Made by a program: the position numbers and the translations under genes. The notes below the pieces were generated by a model. That model did not search any database, was not told the origin of the DNA, and saw only the letters and a list, made by a program, of their open reading frames with translations. This document shows, in pieces, positions 1 through 9,875 of a stretch of DNA of 64,000 nt (positions are counted from its first letter, which is position 1; each line of letters begins with the position of its first letter). Origin of the DNA: a virus. Its lineage: Duplodnaviria > Heunggongvirae > Uroviricota > Caudoviricetes. The stretch spans positions 270,007-334,006 of the IMG/VR virus record IMGVR_UViG_3300028886_000029. One strand, written 5' to 3'.

Positions 1-2
1 TG

Positions 3-632
3 GTGAATGAAAGTATAAAGATTGAGGATAATATTAGACTTAGATTAAATAACGAACTATCTGAAAATAAGGGACAAATCCAAAATAACCTTAATTCAAT
101 TAATGATAAAAAATCAATTATTGTCAGAATTGAAAACGAAATAGAGATAGAAAAGAATTGGAAACTTTATCTTAAGATAATTGGTAAGGATGGTATTTCC
201 AAAATGGTTCTAAAAAACACATTACCAATCATTAACGGTGAGATAAACAATTTGCTTGGTGATGTCTCTGATTTTGATGTGGAAATCACTGTCAACGAAA
301 AAAATGATGTTGATTTTTGGTTAATCAGAAACAATGTGAAATATAGGTTGTCAGCCGCATCAGGACTTGAAAAAACACAGGCTGCGTTGGCTCTAAGAGT
401 TGTACTTGGTAAAATGAGTAACCTTAACAAACCACCGTTTGTCTTATTTGATGAGATACTTGGAACTGTTGCCAAAGAAAATTATGATGACATGAAAAAA
501 TTATATGACAAAATATTAAGGAATTATGATTTTATTTTACATATTTGTCACATTGATTTGGATTGGTACAATGATGGCAACATAATTACAGTTTGTAAAG
601 GAAAAGACAACATTTCTTACTTAAAAAATTAA
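3..632 (+). CDS. SbcC/gp46-like recombination endonuclease ATPase subunit, C-terminal part (5' truncated by window)
   Basis: ABC signature-like LSAASGLEK, Walker B FVLFDE, H-loop ICH after a coiled coil. Confidence 0.8.
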   Translation: MNESIKIEDNIRLRLNNELSENKGQIQNNLNSINDKKSIIVRIENEIEIEKNWKLYLKIIGKDGISKMVLKNTLPIINGEINNLLGDVSDFDVEITVNEKNDVDFWLIRNNVKYRLSAASGLEKTQAALALRVVLGKMSNLNKPPFVLFDEILGTVAKENYDDMKKLYDKILRNYDFILHICHIDLDWYNDGNIITVCKGKDNISYLKN

Positions 633-706
633 AAAACCAATATTTATTTGTTTAACCAGGTTGGATGTACAACCATAAAAATAATTTGATATGACATAAT
701 TAAAAA

Positions 707-1402
707 ATGAAAAGAAACAAAAATGTCATTGAATATGATAAAAACACGACCACATATTTCAATGAAATTAGTGAAAACAAACCTTTGTCTAAAGACGAAG
801 AGTATGAGTTATGGAAAAAATATAAGGAAAACAATGACATTGAAGCCAGAAACAAACTGGTTTCCGCAAACCTTAAGTTCGTAACAACAATAGCGAAAAA
901 ATACCAAGGGTTAGGTTTATCTTACAATGAATTGATTGCTGAGGGTAACATTGGGCTAATTAAGGCACTTGACAAATTTGACGCATCTAAAGGTTATAAA
1001 TTAATTAGTTATTCGGTATGGTGGATAAAGCAAGCGATAATTGAGGCAATTAATAAACGAAACATAATTGACGCTGAAGATATTCCATATAAAACAGTTG
1101 ACGAAAACGATGATATCTATGATGATACAGAGGAAATCTTACCATCACAGATGTATTCAGACGAACAGCAAAAAAAAGATAAAAAAAATGACGAAAAATC
1201 AACGGTTGGTTTTCTCATGAATTTTCTGTCCACCAAAGAAAAAAACATAATATCCAAATATTACGGATTAAACGGGGAAAAACCCAAAACATTGGAAGAG
1301 ATTGGTGAAGAACTTGGCATAACCAAAGAAAGGGTGAGACAAATTAACAAAATGAGTTTCGCTAAAATGAGAAGCGCATCACTTCTGATGTCAGAAAAAT
1401 AA
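707..1402 (+). CDS. RNA polymerase sigma70-family factor
   Basis: Region 2 (NLKFV, LIAEGNIGLIKALDKFD, SYSVWWIKQAI) and region 4 HTH (TLEEIGEELGITKERVRQI). Confidence 0.92.
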   Translation: MKRNKNVIEYDKNTTTYFNEISENKPLSKDEEYELWKKYKENNDIEARNKLVSANLKFVTTIAKKYQGLGLSYNELIAEGNIGLIKALDKFDASKGYKLISYSVWWIKQAIIEAINKRNIIDAEDIPYKTVDENDDIYDDTEEILPSQMYSDEQQKKDKKNDEKSTVGFLMNFLSTKEKNIISKYYGLNGEKPKTLEEIGEELGITKERVRQINKMSFAKMRSASLLMSEK

Positions 1403-1434
1403 AAAATAAAAACTATTTATTAAAGTAAATTATT

Positions 1435-1809
1435 ATGGCAAAAACAACAAGTGCGGCAAAAGCACAATCAAAGAGAATTACTAAAAAAGATAATGTCGTT
1501 AAAGACACTAAACTTGAAAAAATAGAAGAAGCGATTGAGAAAGCCGATACCGACATTGACATTAAAGAAATAAAAATGCCTGAACCTGACATGTCGGAAG
1601 TGAAGGACGTTATTGAGACCATCAATACTGTCACTGAAAAAGAAAAAGAACTAACAGACTTGTTAGAAAATAATACCGACAAGGCAGAGGATTTCATTGA
1701 AGAAGAGTTGAAAAAAGTTGAGGAAACAGAAAAAAAGATTGAAAAAATAACAAAATCGTCCACTAACAACACAACATATACATGGAATGGAATGTACGGT
1801 GGATATTAA
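1435..1809 (+). CDS. hypothetical charged coiled-coil protein
   Basis: 124-aa ORF preceded by ACTATTTAT motif at 1412. Confidence 0.7.
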   Translation: MAKTTSAAKAQSKRITKKDNVVKDTKLEKIEEAIEKADTDIDIKEIKMPEPDMSEVKDVIETINTVTEKEKELTDLLENNTDKAEDFIEEELKKVEETEKKIEKITKSSTNNTTYTWNGMYGGY

Positions 1810-1827
1810 TAAACAAAACCAAGTAAA

Positions 1828-2316
1828 ATGAGAAACGAAGATTTAGTTACAAGGGACATACTTGACAAAATCAGGACAATGTGTGAAAATCTCACTGATG
1901 GGAATAAAATACTGACTGAGGCCGATGACAAAAATGGGGAGTCAATAGCAATAACTGATGACCCTAAATTTGGTGACAGTGTGTTGACAAACCAAATTGA
2001 ACAATTCAGAACATCAGTTGATGGTGGTGCGCAATTCGCAAGGCCAACTGAAAATGTGTCTGATTGTCCGCTTATATATATGCCAACAACAGGAAACCTT
2101 ATATTTAGCGGCACAATACCAAGACTTAACAATCTAAAATTCCAATTTGTTTTAAGAACCAATACAGGTAATGGTTGTTTTATTTGGGCTGACGGTTTGA
2201 TTCTTTCGGACGAAAACATGAAAACTATCAACAAAATTTTAGGTTTCTACAAAAACTGGTGTAACAGTTGGGAACAACAATCTGGTGATTTGGAAGCACT
2301 TAAAAATTTAATATAA
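1828..2316 (+). CDS. hypothetical protein
   Basis: 162-aa ORF followed by terminator. Confidence 0.7.
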   Translation: MRNEDLVTRDILDKIRTMCENLTDGNKILTEADDKNGESIAITDDPKFGDSVLTNQIEQFRTSVDGGAQFARPTENVSDCPLIYMPTTGNLIFSGTIPRLNNLKFQFVLRTNTGNGCFIWADGLILSDENMKTINKILGFYKNWCNSWEQQSGDLEALKNLI

Positions 2317-2350
2317 AAAAAAAGGAGAACAATAACAGTTCTCCTTTTTT
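2317..2350. terminator. bidirectional intrinsic terminator
   Basis: A-tract-GGAGAAC...GTTCTCC-T-tract between convergent genes. Confidence 0.75.
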
Positions 2351-2351
2351 G

Positions 2352-3038
2352 TTAAATATTACTTACATCCAAATCCAAATCAATCGGTTCCTCATCACCA
2401 TCCAGAGCCTTTTTGAAAGCCTCTTGTTCTTCAGGTGTGGCGTTATTGTAAGCCTCAACGATTTTTTCCGACATATTCCAACAATTTGAAAGTGACTGCA
2501 AAGCATTATTTCCAAAAACATCACCAAAAGCCTGTAAAACCTCAAAAACATTTTTATTTCTGATAAGGTTCTCAATATTCTCACCAAGAATTTCCTCAGT
2601 TAATTGTTTTTTGGTTAAAACACGTCCGTTTTTCCTCATCTCGTGCAATCTTGCGATTTCAACATTTTTTTTCGAAAAAGACCTCATTTCGGAAACACCG
2701 TTAGTCACATCTTCAGTGTTGTCTTTTGCCACCACTTTATTTATGTCAACACCGTTACTGACCGCTTGCTGTACTGAACTTGTAACAGCGTCCTTAATGT
2801 TACTTTTATTACTATCAAACGCAATCTCAATTTCGTCTTTGTCTGACGCGTTGTTGTTAATTGATTTACCTTGTAGTGCGATGGAAGAGGGTGTTAAACC
2901 TGCTTTAATCGCATCATTGTATTTTTCTTGCGCGTTTGTACCCATTTCATTGGCGTTATTACCGGTAAAAGTAACAACAGTTTTTTTACTGTCCATTATC
3001 TCATTTAATTGAGATTTTGTTATTATAATCTTTTTCAT
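2352..3038 (-). CDS. hypothetical protein, probably head-associated
   Basis: N-terminus MKKIIITKSQLNE resembles those of 5355..8066, 18236..18823 and 26680..27093. Confidence 0.7.
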   Translation of the reverse strand: MKKIIITKSQLNEIMDSKKTVVTFTGNNANEMGTNAQEKYNDAIKAGLTPSSIALQGKSINNNASDKDEIEIAFDSNKSNIKDAVTSSVQQAVSNGVDINKVVAKDNTEDVTNGVSEMRSFSKKNVEIARLHEMRKNGRVLTKKQLTEEILGENIENLIRNKNVFEVLQAFGDVFGNNALQSLSNCWNMSEKIVEAYNNATPEEQEAFKKALDGDEEPIDLDLDVSNI

Positions 3039-3631
3039 TATTTTTTGGTGTTAAAATCAGGGTTATTAAACGGTGTGTTTTTTAATTGTTTTTTGGTTTT
3101 TTCATTTTTTAGGGTTTCTTTCTTTTCTCCATTATCCATAAAAGTCTCATTTATTCTATCCAACTGTTTTTTAGTGAAAACAACTGATTCCATTGGCATT
3201 TCCTGACTGTCATCCATAGGACTTTCAATACTATCACCTTCCATGTTTACATCACCGTCACCGCTTTCTCCGTCAAGTGAATCTAACATGCCACTAATCC
3301 ACTTTCCTAAATCCTCTTTGTCTTGGCCTTGATATGACCTGTAGTCAGCACATGCCTTACCAATGTTTTTTTGGATTTCTTTTCTATCCTTTTCAGGGTT
3401 ACTCCCCATGTCCTGCTCACCACCCATCATATTAGGTGCTTCACCCATATTCATACTTGTGTCACCCATTGGTGGTGCGTCATTACCTTGCATTCCCATA
3501 TCAGGATTCATTCCCATTGAACCATCAAGTCCCCCTTGTGGTTGTTGGGTTTCATCAGGTGAAACCATAGAAGCATCACCCATTGGCATATCTTGTTCAG
3601 GTTCAGCCACAGGTGATGCTTTTTTCTTCAA
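3038..3631 (-). CDS. Met/Pro/acidic low-complexity protein; probably the -1 frameshift extension of 3652..5286
   Basis: TTG start only; the frame opens at the A9 run (3661-3669) in the last codons of the upstream gene. Confidence 0.6.
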   Translation of the reverse strand: MKKKASPVAEPEQDMPMGDASMVSPDETQQPQGGLDGSMGMNPDMGMQGNDAPPMGDTSMNMGEAPNMMGGEQDMGSNPEKDRKEIQKNIGKACADYRSYQGQDKEDLGKWISGMLDSLDGESGDGDVNMEGDSIESPMDDSQEMPMESVVFTKKQLDRINETFMDNGEKKETLKNEKTKKQLKNTPFNNPDFNTKK

Positions 3632-3651
3632 TTTAAGAACTTTCTTTTCAG

Positions 3652-5286
3652 TTAGTCCACTTTTTTTTTATTGTCAAGGGGAACACCGTGTTTTAACTGA
3701 TATTTGATATCAGCAGCAACCTTGTCAACTAATTGTTTGAAAGGTGAACTGTCACCGATTTGTTTACCAAATGGCTCCTCATTATGTACACTGTCATCGT
3801 TAATGTCCTCACCATGTTCGTTCTTGTCTTCACCTGTAGGTGGTAATGTCATGGGCTTTTTTCTGTAACCAGGATGGTCACCAAACACATGAAGTTCATC
3901 CTCATTGACAAACTGTCTAACAACAGATTCAATAATGGTGTTCATAGCCTTTTTCTTTGACTCATCAAACATAGGCTCTTCCATATCTTCTTCTTCAGCA
4001 TCAACAGGTTCCTCAGGAACGTCCTCATTGAAATCACTTTCACTGTCATCAACATCACCCATAGGTTCCTCCATAGGGTCTTCCATTGATTCAGGTTCCT
4101 CTACAGCTTCTTCACCAGACTCAAGTCCTGCAAGAACTGACTGCAATCTTTCGATTTCAGCCTGTACAGCCTCAGGGTCGGTCTCATCAATGGGTTCGGT
4201 TTCTTCTTCCTCATCATCATCGAAATCAAGTGACTCCTCTTCTTCATCACCAATCTCAGGTTCCTCACCGTCAATAGGCTCTTCCATAGACTCATCGTCA
4301 CCGTCAAGTTCCTCATCATCATAATCACCCTCAAACTCTGAATCAACATCATCATCGTCAAAGGTATCAGTGTCATCAATCTCAGGTTCGTCATCTTCCA
4401 TTAAATGACCGTCAGGTGAACCAACACCTTCCTGTGAAGGAAGACCTTCAGAACCCCACTCTCTTTCACCTTCCTCATTTACTTCTTTCTTGCAAGTGCA
4501 AGCGGCACCTTCCTTACCGCAGTCAGGACAAACATTGGAATCCTCATTCACTTTCTCCTGATTTTCCATATCCCAACCGATAGAGGCAGGTTCCTCACCC
4601 TTGTTCATACCAGCGTCAAAGTCAGTATCAGTCGCAAGACTCTCATTTAAATCCTTACTCTTGACAGGTTCTTTCTCAAATGGGGTTGCCTTTTTGTCAA
4701 GACCAACATGGCTTCCCTTGTAGTCAGGGTCAGCGGTAGCGTCCTTACTTCCTTCGGCTTTATCACCCTTTGAGCCAGTCTCAGCCTCAGGTTGTGATGT
4801 TGAACAAGCGGCACCACCCTTTACGGCATAGTCTGTAGACTCATTCATAATCATAGCGGAATTGTACATGATTTGTCTTTGTCTTGCGATTGAGTCCTTC
4901 ATCTTATCTGATGCCTCAGCAAGAACAATCTCTTTCTTAAACGGGTCAAGAGTAGTGATATTAACCTTATTCTCATAAGCCTCATTAAGTGAAGATAACT
5001 TTAGCTCAAGATTTTTAAGAGCGTTATTGTAGCTATCGTACTGATAAGCCTTTTTGTTCATATAACCACCAATATAGTCATATGACTCCGCAAGATTTTG
5101 TTTACCCTCACTTGTCTGTTTAATATAATATTGGTTAAATTCTTTCACAATACCATAATACTTACCGTCAGCACCTTTCTTGGTATACTCCAAGGTATGG
5201 TTGTTTTGTTTGTTGTTTTCTTCTTTAACCATGCCATAAGTATAAAGCTGTTTCATTCTGGCGATGGTATCTTCAAAGTTACCCAT
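3652..5286 (-). CDS. highly acidic protein, possible prohead core/scaffold
   Basis: Long D/E-rich tract, many L/V/M-N-E motifs; likely start MGNFEDT at 5286; ATATTTAT motif upstream on coding strand. Confidence 0.65.
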   Translation of the reverse strand: MGNFEDTIARMKQLYTYGMVKEENNKQNNHTLEYTKKGADGKYYGIVKEFNQYYIKQTSEGKQNLAESYDYIGGYMNKKAYQYDSYNNALKNLELKLSSLNEAYENKVNITTLDPFKKEIVLAEASDKMKDSIARQRQIMYNSAMIMNESTDYAVKGGAACSTSQPEAETGSKGDKAEGSKDATADPDYKGSHVGLDKKATPFEKEPVKSKDLNESLATDTDFDAGMNKGEEPASIGWDMENQEKVNEDSNVCPDCGKEGAACTCKKEVNEEGEREWGSEGLPSQEGVGSPDGHLMEDDEPEIDDTDTFDDDDVDSEFEGDYDDEELDGDDESMEEPIDGEEPEIGDEEEESLDFDDDEEEETEPIDETDPEAVQAEIERLQSVLAGLESGEEAVEEPESMEDPMEEPMGDVDDSESDFNEDVPEEPVDAEEEDMEEPMFDESKKKAMNTIIESVVRQFVNEDELHVFGDHPGYRKKPMTLPPTGEDKNEHGEDINDDSVHNEEPFGKQIGDSSPFKQLVDKVAADIKYQLKHGVPLDNKKKVD

Positions 5287-5354
5287 TTTATAATGTTTTA
5301 AATATATTATTTTCAATTATTTTTCTTATAAATATCTATTAATTTAAAAAAAGT

Positions 5355-8066
5355 CTACAAACTACTTAAAATATCATAACTTTTTGTCTTTAATTTATAT
5401 AATTTGTTTAAATAACCGTTTCTTCTTAATGATTTGAAAATCACATTTTCATTTGAAAGTTCCTTTCCTCCACTTTTTTCAAAACCGGTTTTTCTCATGG
5501 TTTTAATCTCATCCCACAATCTTTGGGATTTTTCGGATATTTTAGACAACTTATATTCACTTTTTTTGTTTTTCTTATATAGATAAACCAATTTGTCAAT
5601 TTGATTCATATATTCGGAAACTTTGTCTCTTATGTATTTTTTATTGACTTTGGATGTGGCTAAGACATCTCTCTCAGGCTCAACAATCCAAGTGTCCCTA
5701 TCCAATGAATAAACACCACTTGAACTATGCTTCTCATTGGTGTCCTGCACATATAATTCAACAGGAAACCCAAATATGGTAATGTCTTTATGCTCATCGT
5801 TCCACTGTGTTTTCTTTGCCAAGAAATAGTTTTTAACCAAGTCAACATTATCATCAACATCAGAATAGTCCATCAAAATATGCAAATCAATATCAGAATA
5901 TCTGCCATCCCAATTAAAATTCGCTAATGAACCGGTCATTATAATGTCTTTTGGTTTTACCCAATCAACATCTATAAAATCAATAAAATCATCCGCAATG
6001 TCAAGTAATTTTAACCTAATCCTTGAATCAAGATGTCCGTCTTGCCAAAACTTGGGGTTCAGTTTCTTTTTTATGTTAAAAGACGATAAATCAACATCTT
6101 CTGGATTAACAATTTCTTTTTCAATGTTTTCCTTAATATTACCACTGATGTAATCACAAGAATACTTACCACCCTCAATAAACGCGGATGACAAGTCACC
6201 TCTTTGGTGAACGACATCCAAGCACCTGTTTATTAAAATCAAAATATCTTCGGCACTTGCGTTAGGTGTGTATGAGTTAATGTTTTTGAATAACGGTTGT
6301 AAACCATAATCAGACCAACCATCACTACCGTCAGGTAATTTGCACCAATCGTAAAAACCAAGGCTTTCGAGATATTCAAAACCTGATTCATAATCAACAA
6401 CTTCTTCCGCGTCAAAATAGTCAGAAACATCTTCAACAGGAAAATATTCTGAATGTCCTGCAAGATTTGTTATATTTTCAATGTCAATAGCGTTTGGCAC
6501 TATAATGTCAAAGAACCAACTATGGACAACATTGTAAGGTATTCTTGCCATTGTGGGATTTTCCATGAATCTTTGGAGTAATGTGTGATACTGCTGTGCA
6601 GGTATAAGATTCCATTTTTTTTGTTTTATATTATGCTTGATGTCATAATCAAACTCACTTAACAAATCATAACAGCCATGGTCTTCATAAATATCCTGCA
6701 AGTCTTCCCATGATTCGTTTAACTTGCTTTCTTTCAATGTGAACGGCATTGTTCCAAAGTATTTTCCACAATCTTTACAAACATAAACCGGTTCACCGTG
6801 AATTTGCACAACAACCTTTCCCCCACATTTATCACATTTTTCAGGTACAATCTCACCCTTGTCGTTTTTGACTGTTTTTTTGGTTTCGTTCACATGATAA
6901 TACGGACTAATATCACCCTTTTCAGGTGCCAATTCGTATGTGTCAGATTCAACATTCTCATAAACAGATGAATTTGCCGCTCTCATGTAATACTCCATTG
7001 GTGTTAGCACTTCACCACTATATGTGATATATTTGTCACCACTACTTTGTGTTTGTACCTTTACAATTTCTTCACTTGGTTTTGCGAAACAACAGTTCAT
7101 TGTTGGCGCGATTGAATCAAACATACCGTTAAAAAACCATTTGTATGGTACACTGGAATCACCAAAAGTTGTGTTACTTGTGTCCCATAAATCCACAATT
7201 AAAGTATTGAGGTTAAGAGAAACACCATGTCTCATCAACAAATCAACGGCTTCTCTTAAATAATGTCTGTTATTTTTTTGAAAAGGGGTTGTCCAAAAAC
7301 TAATCACATTATTATTTTCCCAATATCTACCGGTTAAATATGGGTTTACGATATCATTAAAATCCTCCGCCTCATAATCAAAGTCTTCTATTACTCCATT
7401 GGTAATTAGTTCTTTGATTATACCATAATGTGTTGTCCCTTTGTCGGTATAAAACTCATCGTTTTTTAACAAAAGTAAAAATGTGATAGCATCATCATCA
7501 GTAAAATAATTACCTGCAATTGTTGAATCGGGTGACTCATTTAATTTATTTTGAGGTGTTAATTGACACATATCATCTTTAACAGATTCATTTATGTTTA
7601 ATGGTTCTTTAGATAAAATAGGTTCTTCAGACCAAAGGCACATACAATATGAAGAATCTTGATTCACATAAAAACAATATGAATTAATCCCTTGTTCTAA
7701 TAGTTCTTGTGCTTCTTCCTCACTTGGTCCATCAATATAATCAATACCCATATCATCCACTTCATAGATAGTGCCATTACATTTTGACATATCTATTTTA
7801 TAAACAGTAACAGCATCACCGTATTCGCTTGCATATTCTAAATCATCAGTAAGCCATAAAAGATGAGGTGTTGTATTTGACTTCTCACCAAATTTCTTTT
7901 TGAACCCCCTATACCAAGTTTTAATATTACTGGATGTGGATTCACACATACCGACAACACCATCCATAATACCGGCATTGACTTTACCACCAACCTGGTC
8001 TTGAGCCGCAATAGCCTTCTTTAACTTTTTCTTTTGTTTCTCTGTTATATAAATTGTTTTCGCCAT
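5355..8066 (-). CDS. multidomain protein: ART-like domain, Zn ribbon, C-terminal nucleotidyltransferase
   Basis: GSLANFNW...SDIDLH (GS...DxD) NTase motif; CDKC...CKDC; WYRG...WLTDDLEYASEYG. Confidence 0.7.
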   Translation of the reverse strand: MAKTIYITEKQKKKLKKAIAAQDQVGGKVNAGIMDGVVGMCESTSSNIKTWYRGFKKKFGEKSNTTPHLLWLTDDLEYASEYGDAVTVYKIDMSKCNGTIYEVDDMGIDYIDGPSEEEAQELLEQGINSYCFYVNQDSSYCMCLWSEEPILSKEPLNINESVKDDMCQLTPQNKLNESPDSTIAGNYFTDDDAITFLLLLKNDEFYTDKGTTHYGIIKELITNGVIEDFDYEAEDFNDIVNPYLTGRYWENNNVISFWTTPFQKNNRHYLREAVDLLMRHGVSLNLNTLIVDLWDTSNTTFGDSSVPYKWFFNGMFDSIAPTMNCCFAKPSEEIVKVQTQSSGDKYITYSGEVLTPMEYYMRAANSSVYENVESDTYELAPEKGDISPYYHVNETKKTVKNDKGEIVPEKCDKCGGKVVVQIHGEPVYVCKDCGKYFGTMPFTLKESKLNESWEDLQDIYEDHGCYDLLSEFDYDIKHNIKQKKWNLIPAQQYHTLLQRFMENPTMARIPYNVVHSWFFDIIVPNAIDIENITNLAGHSEYFPVEDVSDYFDAEEVVDYESGFEYLESLGFYDWCKLPDGSDGWSDYGLQPLFKNINSYTPNASAEDILILINRCLDVVHQRGDLSSAFIEGGKYSCDYISGNIKENIEKEIVNPEDVDLSSFNIKKKLNPKFWQDGHLDSRIRLKLLDIADDFIDFIDVDWVKPKDIIMTGSLANFNWDGRYSDIDLHILMDYSDVDDNVDLVKNYFLAKKTQWNDEHKDITIFGFPVELYVQDTNEKHSSSGVYSLDRDTWIVEPERDVLATSKVNKKYIRDKVSEYMNQIDKLVYLYKKNKKSEYKLSKISEKSQRLWDEIKTMRKTGFEKSGGKELSNENVIFKSLRRNGYLNKLYKLKTKSYDILSSL

Positions 8067-8148
8067 ATCAAAAATATTATATTAATAAATATAATATAAA
8101 ATTAGAAAAACGCAACACAAAAAAATCGACTAATTTTGGTTTTTACTT

Positions 8149-8177
8149 AGTCATATACTATTTAATAGTATATGACT
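8149..8177 (+). promoter_or_regulatory. 29-bp palindrome over TATTTA promoter core upstream of LRR gene
   Basis: AGTCATATACTATT-T-AATAGTATATGACT; related copies at 13248-13278 and 17773-17803. Confidence 0.7.
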
Positions 8178-8234
8178 GTCCTCATCGTGAAATTAGATAC
8201 AGTCATTTAAAATAAAGGTTTAAATAAAAAATAT

Positions 8235-9800
8235 ATGAAATATTTACACGAATTTGATACAGTCAATGACTATAATGAAATGAGATTTGGTGAGGAATAT
8301 GAAGAACCATGGGTTAGTCTCACCAATGAAAACACTAAAGTTAATTATAATATGACTGAGGAAGAAAAAAGACAAAAACCTCTTACATTTGAAATAACGG
8401 GTAATGGTAATATTTATTGGAAAGCAAAATCAGGTACACCTGAAAGCGGTTTACGAACAATAGAATACAAAAAAAATAATGACGAATGGAAAACAATCAC
8501 ATCAAGCACTGGTGGTGTCTCTATCACGGTGTCGTCAGGTGATACGGTTCTTTTTAGAGCACCGCAAGGTGTTACATATACAACATTAAGCGACACATAT
8601 GAAAAAGCTAATTTTTTTAGTGGTTGTACTTGCGCTTTCAACGTTAAAGGTAATGTTATGTCACTGCTTAATGCAAATAATTTCAGCACGATGTCCTCGT
8701 TGACAGCTTCCTTGGTTTTTACTTGTTTGTTCAGGTATTGTACAGGTTTGACTGATGCAAGTAAACTTATTTTACCGGCAGACAATCTAACATTTCAATG
8801 TTATAGGGGAATGTTCGCAAATTGTTCAAACCTTGTTGGTGTGCCTAAACTACCTGCAATGAACCTCGGTAAAGGTTGTTACAACGGTATGTTCCAATAT
8901 TGTTACAAACTTACCGATGGTACTATGTTACCTGAACTACCTGCGACAACATTGGCAAGTAACTGTTATGATTTTATGTTTGCGTCTGACACTGGTTTAA
9001 CTGACGCAAGTGGGTTAGTATTACCTGCAACTACATTAGCAAGTAATTGTTATGCAAGTATGTTCTGGAAGTGTACAAGTCTAAGAACCGCACCTGAGTT
9101 ACCTGCGACAACATTGGCAAATAGTTGTTATTATCAAATGTTCCAAGGTTGTACAAGTCTCACCCAAGCACCTGAACTACCTGTTACGGCATTAACTGAC
9201 CATTGTTATTATCAAATGTTCCAAGGTTGTACAAGTCTCACCCAAGCACCTGAATTACCTGCAACAACATTGGCGAATAATTGTTATGAACTGATGTTCT
9301 CAGGCTGTACAAGTCTAACAACTGCACCTTCGTTACCTGCAACAACATTAGCATATGGTTGTTATAGTAGTATGTTCTATGGTTGTACAAACCTAACTAC
9401 AGCACCATCAATATTACCAGCAACAACATTAGCAGATAGTTGTTATGGTAGTATGTTCCAAAATTGTACAAGCTTAACAACTGCACCACAGTTACCTGCG
9501 ACAACATTAGCAAATAATTGTTATGAGTATATGTTCCAAAATTGTAGAAGTTTAACTACAGCACCGTCAATTTTACCTGCTACTACATTAATAGATTCAT
9601 GTTATCATGGTATGTTCTCAGGTTGTACAAGCCTTAACTATATTAAATGTCTTGCCACTAATATATCAGCAAGTAATTGTACCGTTAATTGGGTAAGTGG
9701 CGTTTCACGTACTGGTACATTTGTTAAAAACCCATCAATGACATCTTGGTCAACAGGTACAAATGGTATTCCGACAGGTTGGACAGTACAAGACGCTTAA
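8235..9800 (+). CDS. BspA-like leucine-rich-repeat protein, paralog 1 (11 repeats)
   Basis: 26-27-aa repeats LPATTLAxxCYxxMFxxCTSLTxAPE; shared N-terminal module and C-cap. Confidence 0.85.
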   Translation: MKYLHEFDTVNDYNEMRFGEEYEEPWVSLTNENTKVNYNMTEEEKRQKPLTFEITGNGNIYWKAKSGTPESGLRTIEYKKNNDEWKTITSSTGGVSITVSSGDTVLFRAPQGVTYTTLSDTYEKANFFSGCTCAFNVKGNVMSLLNANNFSTMSSLTASLVFTCLFRYCTGLTDASKLILPADNLTFQCYRGMFANCSNLVGVPKLPAMNLGKGCYNGMFQYCYKLTDGTMLPELPATTLASNCYDFMFASDTGLTDASGLVLPATTLASNCYASMFWKCTSLRTAPELPATTLANSCYYQMFQGCTSLTQAPELPVTALTDHCYYQMFQGCTSLTQAPELPATTLANNCYELMFSGCTSLTTAPSLPATTLAYGCYSSMFYGCTNLTTAPSILPATTLADSCYGSMFQNCTSLTTAPQLPATTLANNCYEYMFQNCRSLTTAPSILPATTLIDSCYHGMFSGCTSLNYIKCLATNISASNCTVNWVSGVSRTGTFVKNPSMTSWSTGTNGIPTGWTVQDA

Positions 9801-9823
9801 TATCAGTAAACTACTCATAAACA

Positions 9824-9856
9824 AAAAAAGAGACCCCCAAAAAGGTCTCTTTTTTA
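9824..9856. terminator. bidirectional intrinsic terminator
   Basis: A-tract-GAGACC...GGTCTC-T-tract between convergent genes. Confidence 0.75.
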
Positions 9857-9875
9857 ATTATGTTGATTACCGATT

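Noticed and set aside
3905-4394. Antisense and alternative-frame ORFs (also 10879..11544, 14486..15016 and similar)
   Set aside because: Shadows of low-complexity or biased coding sequence in the real gene
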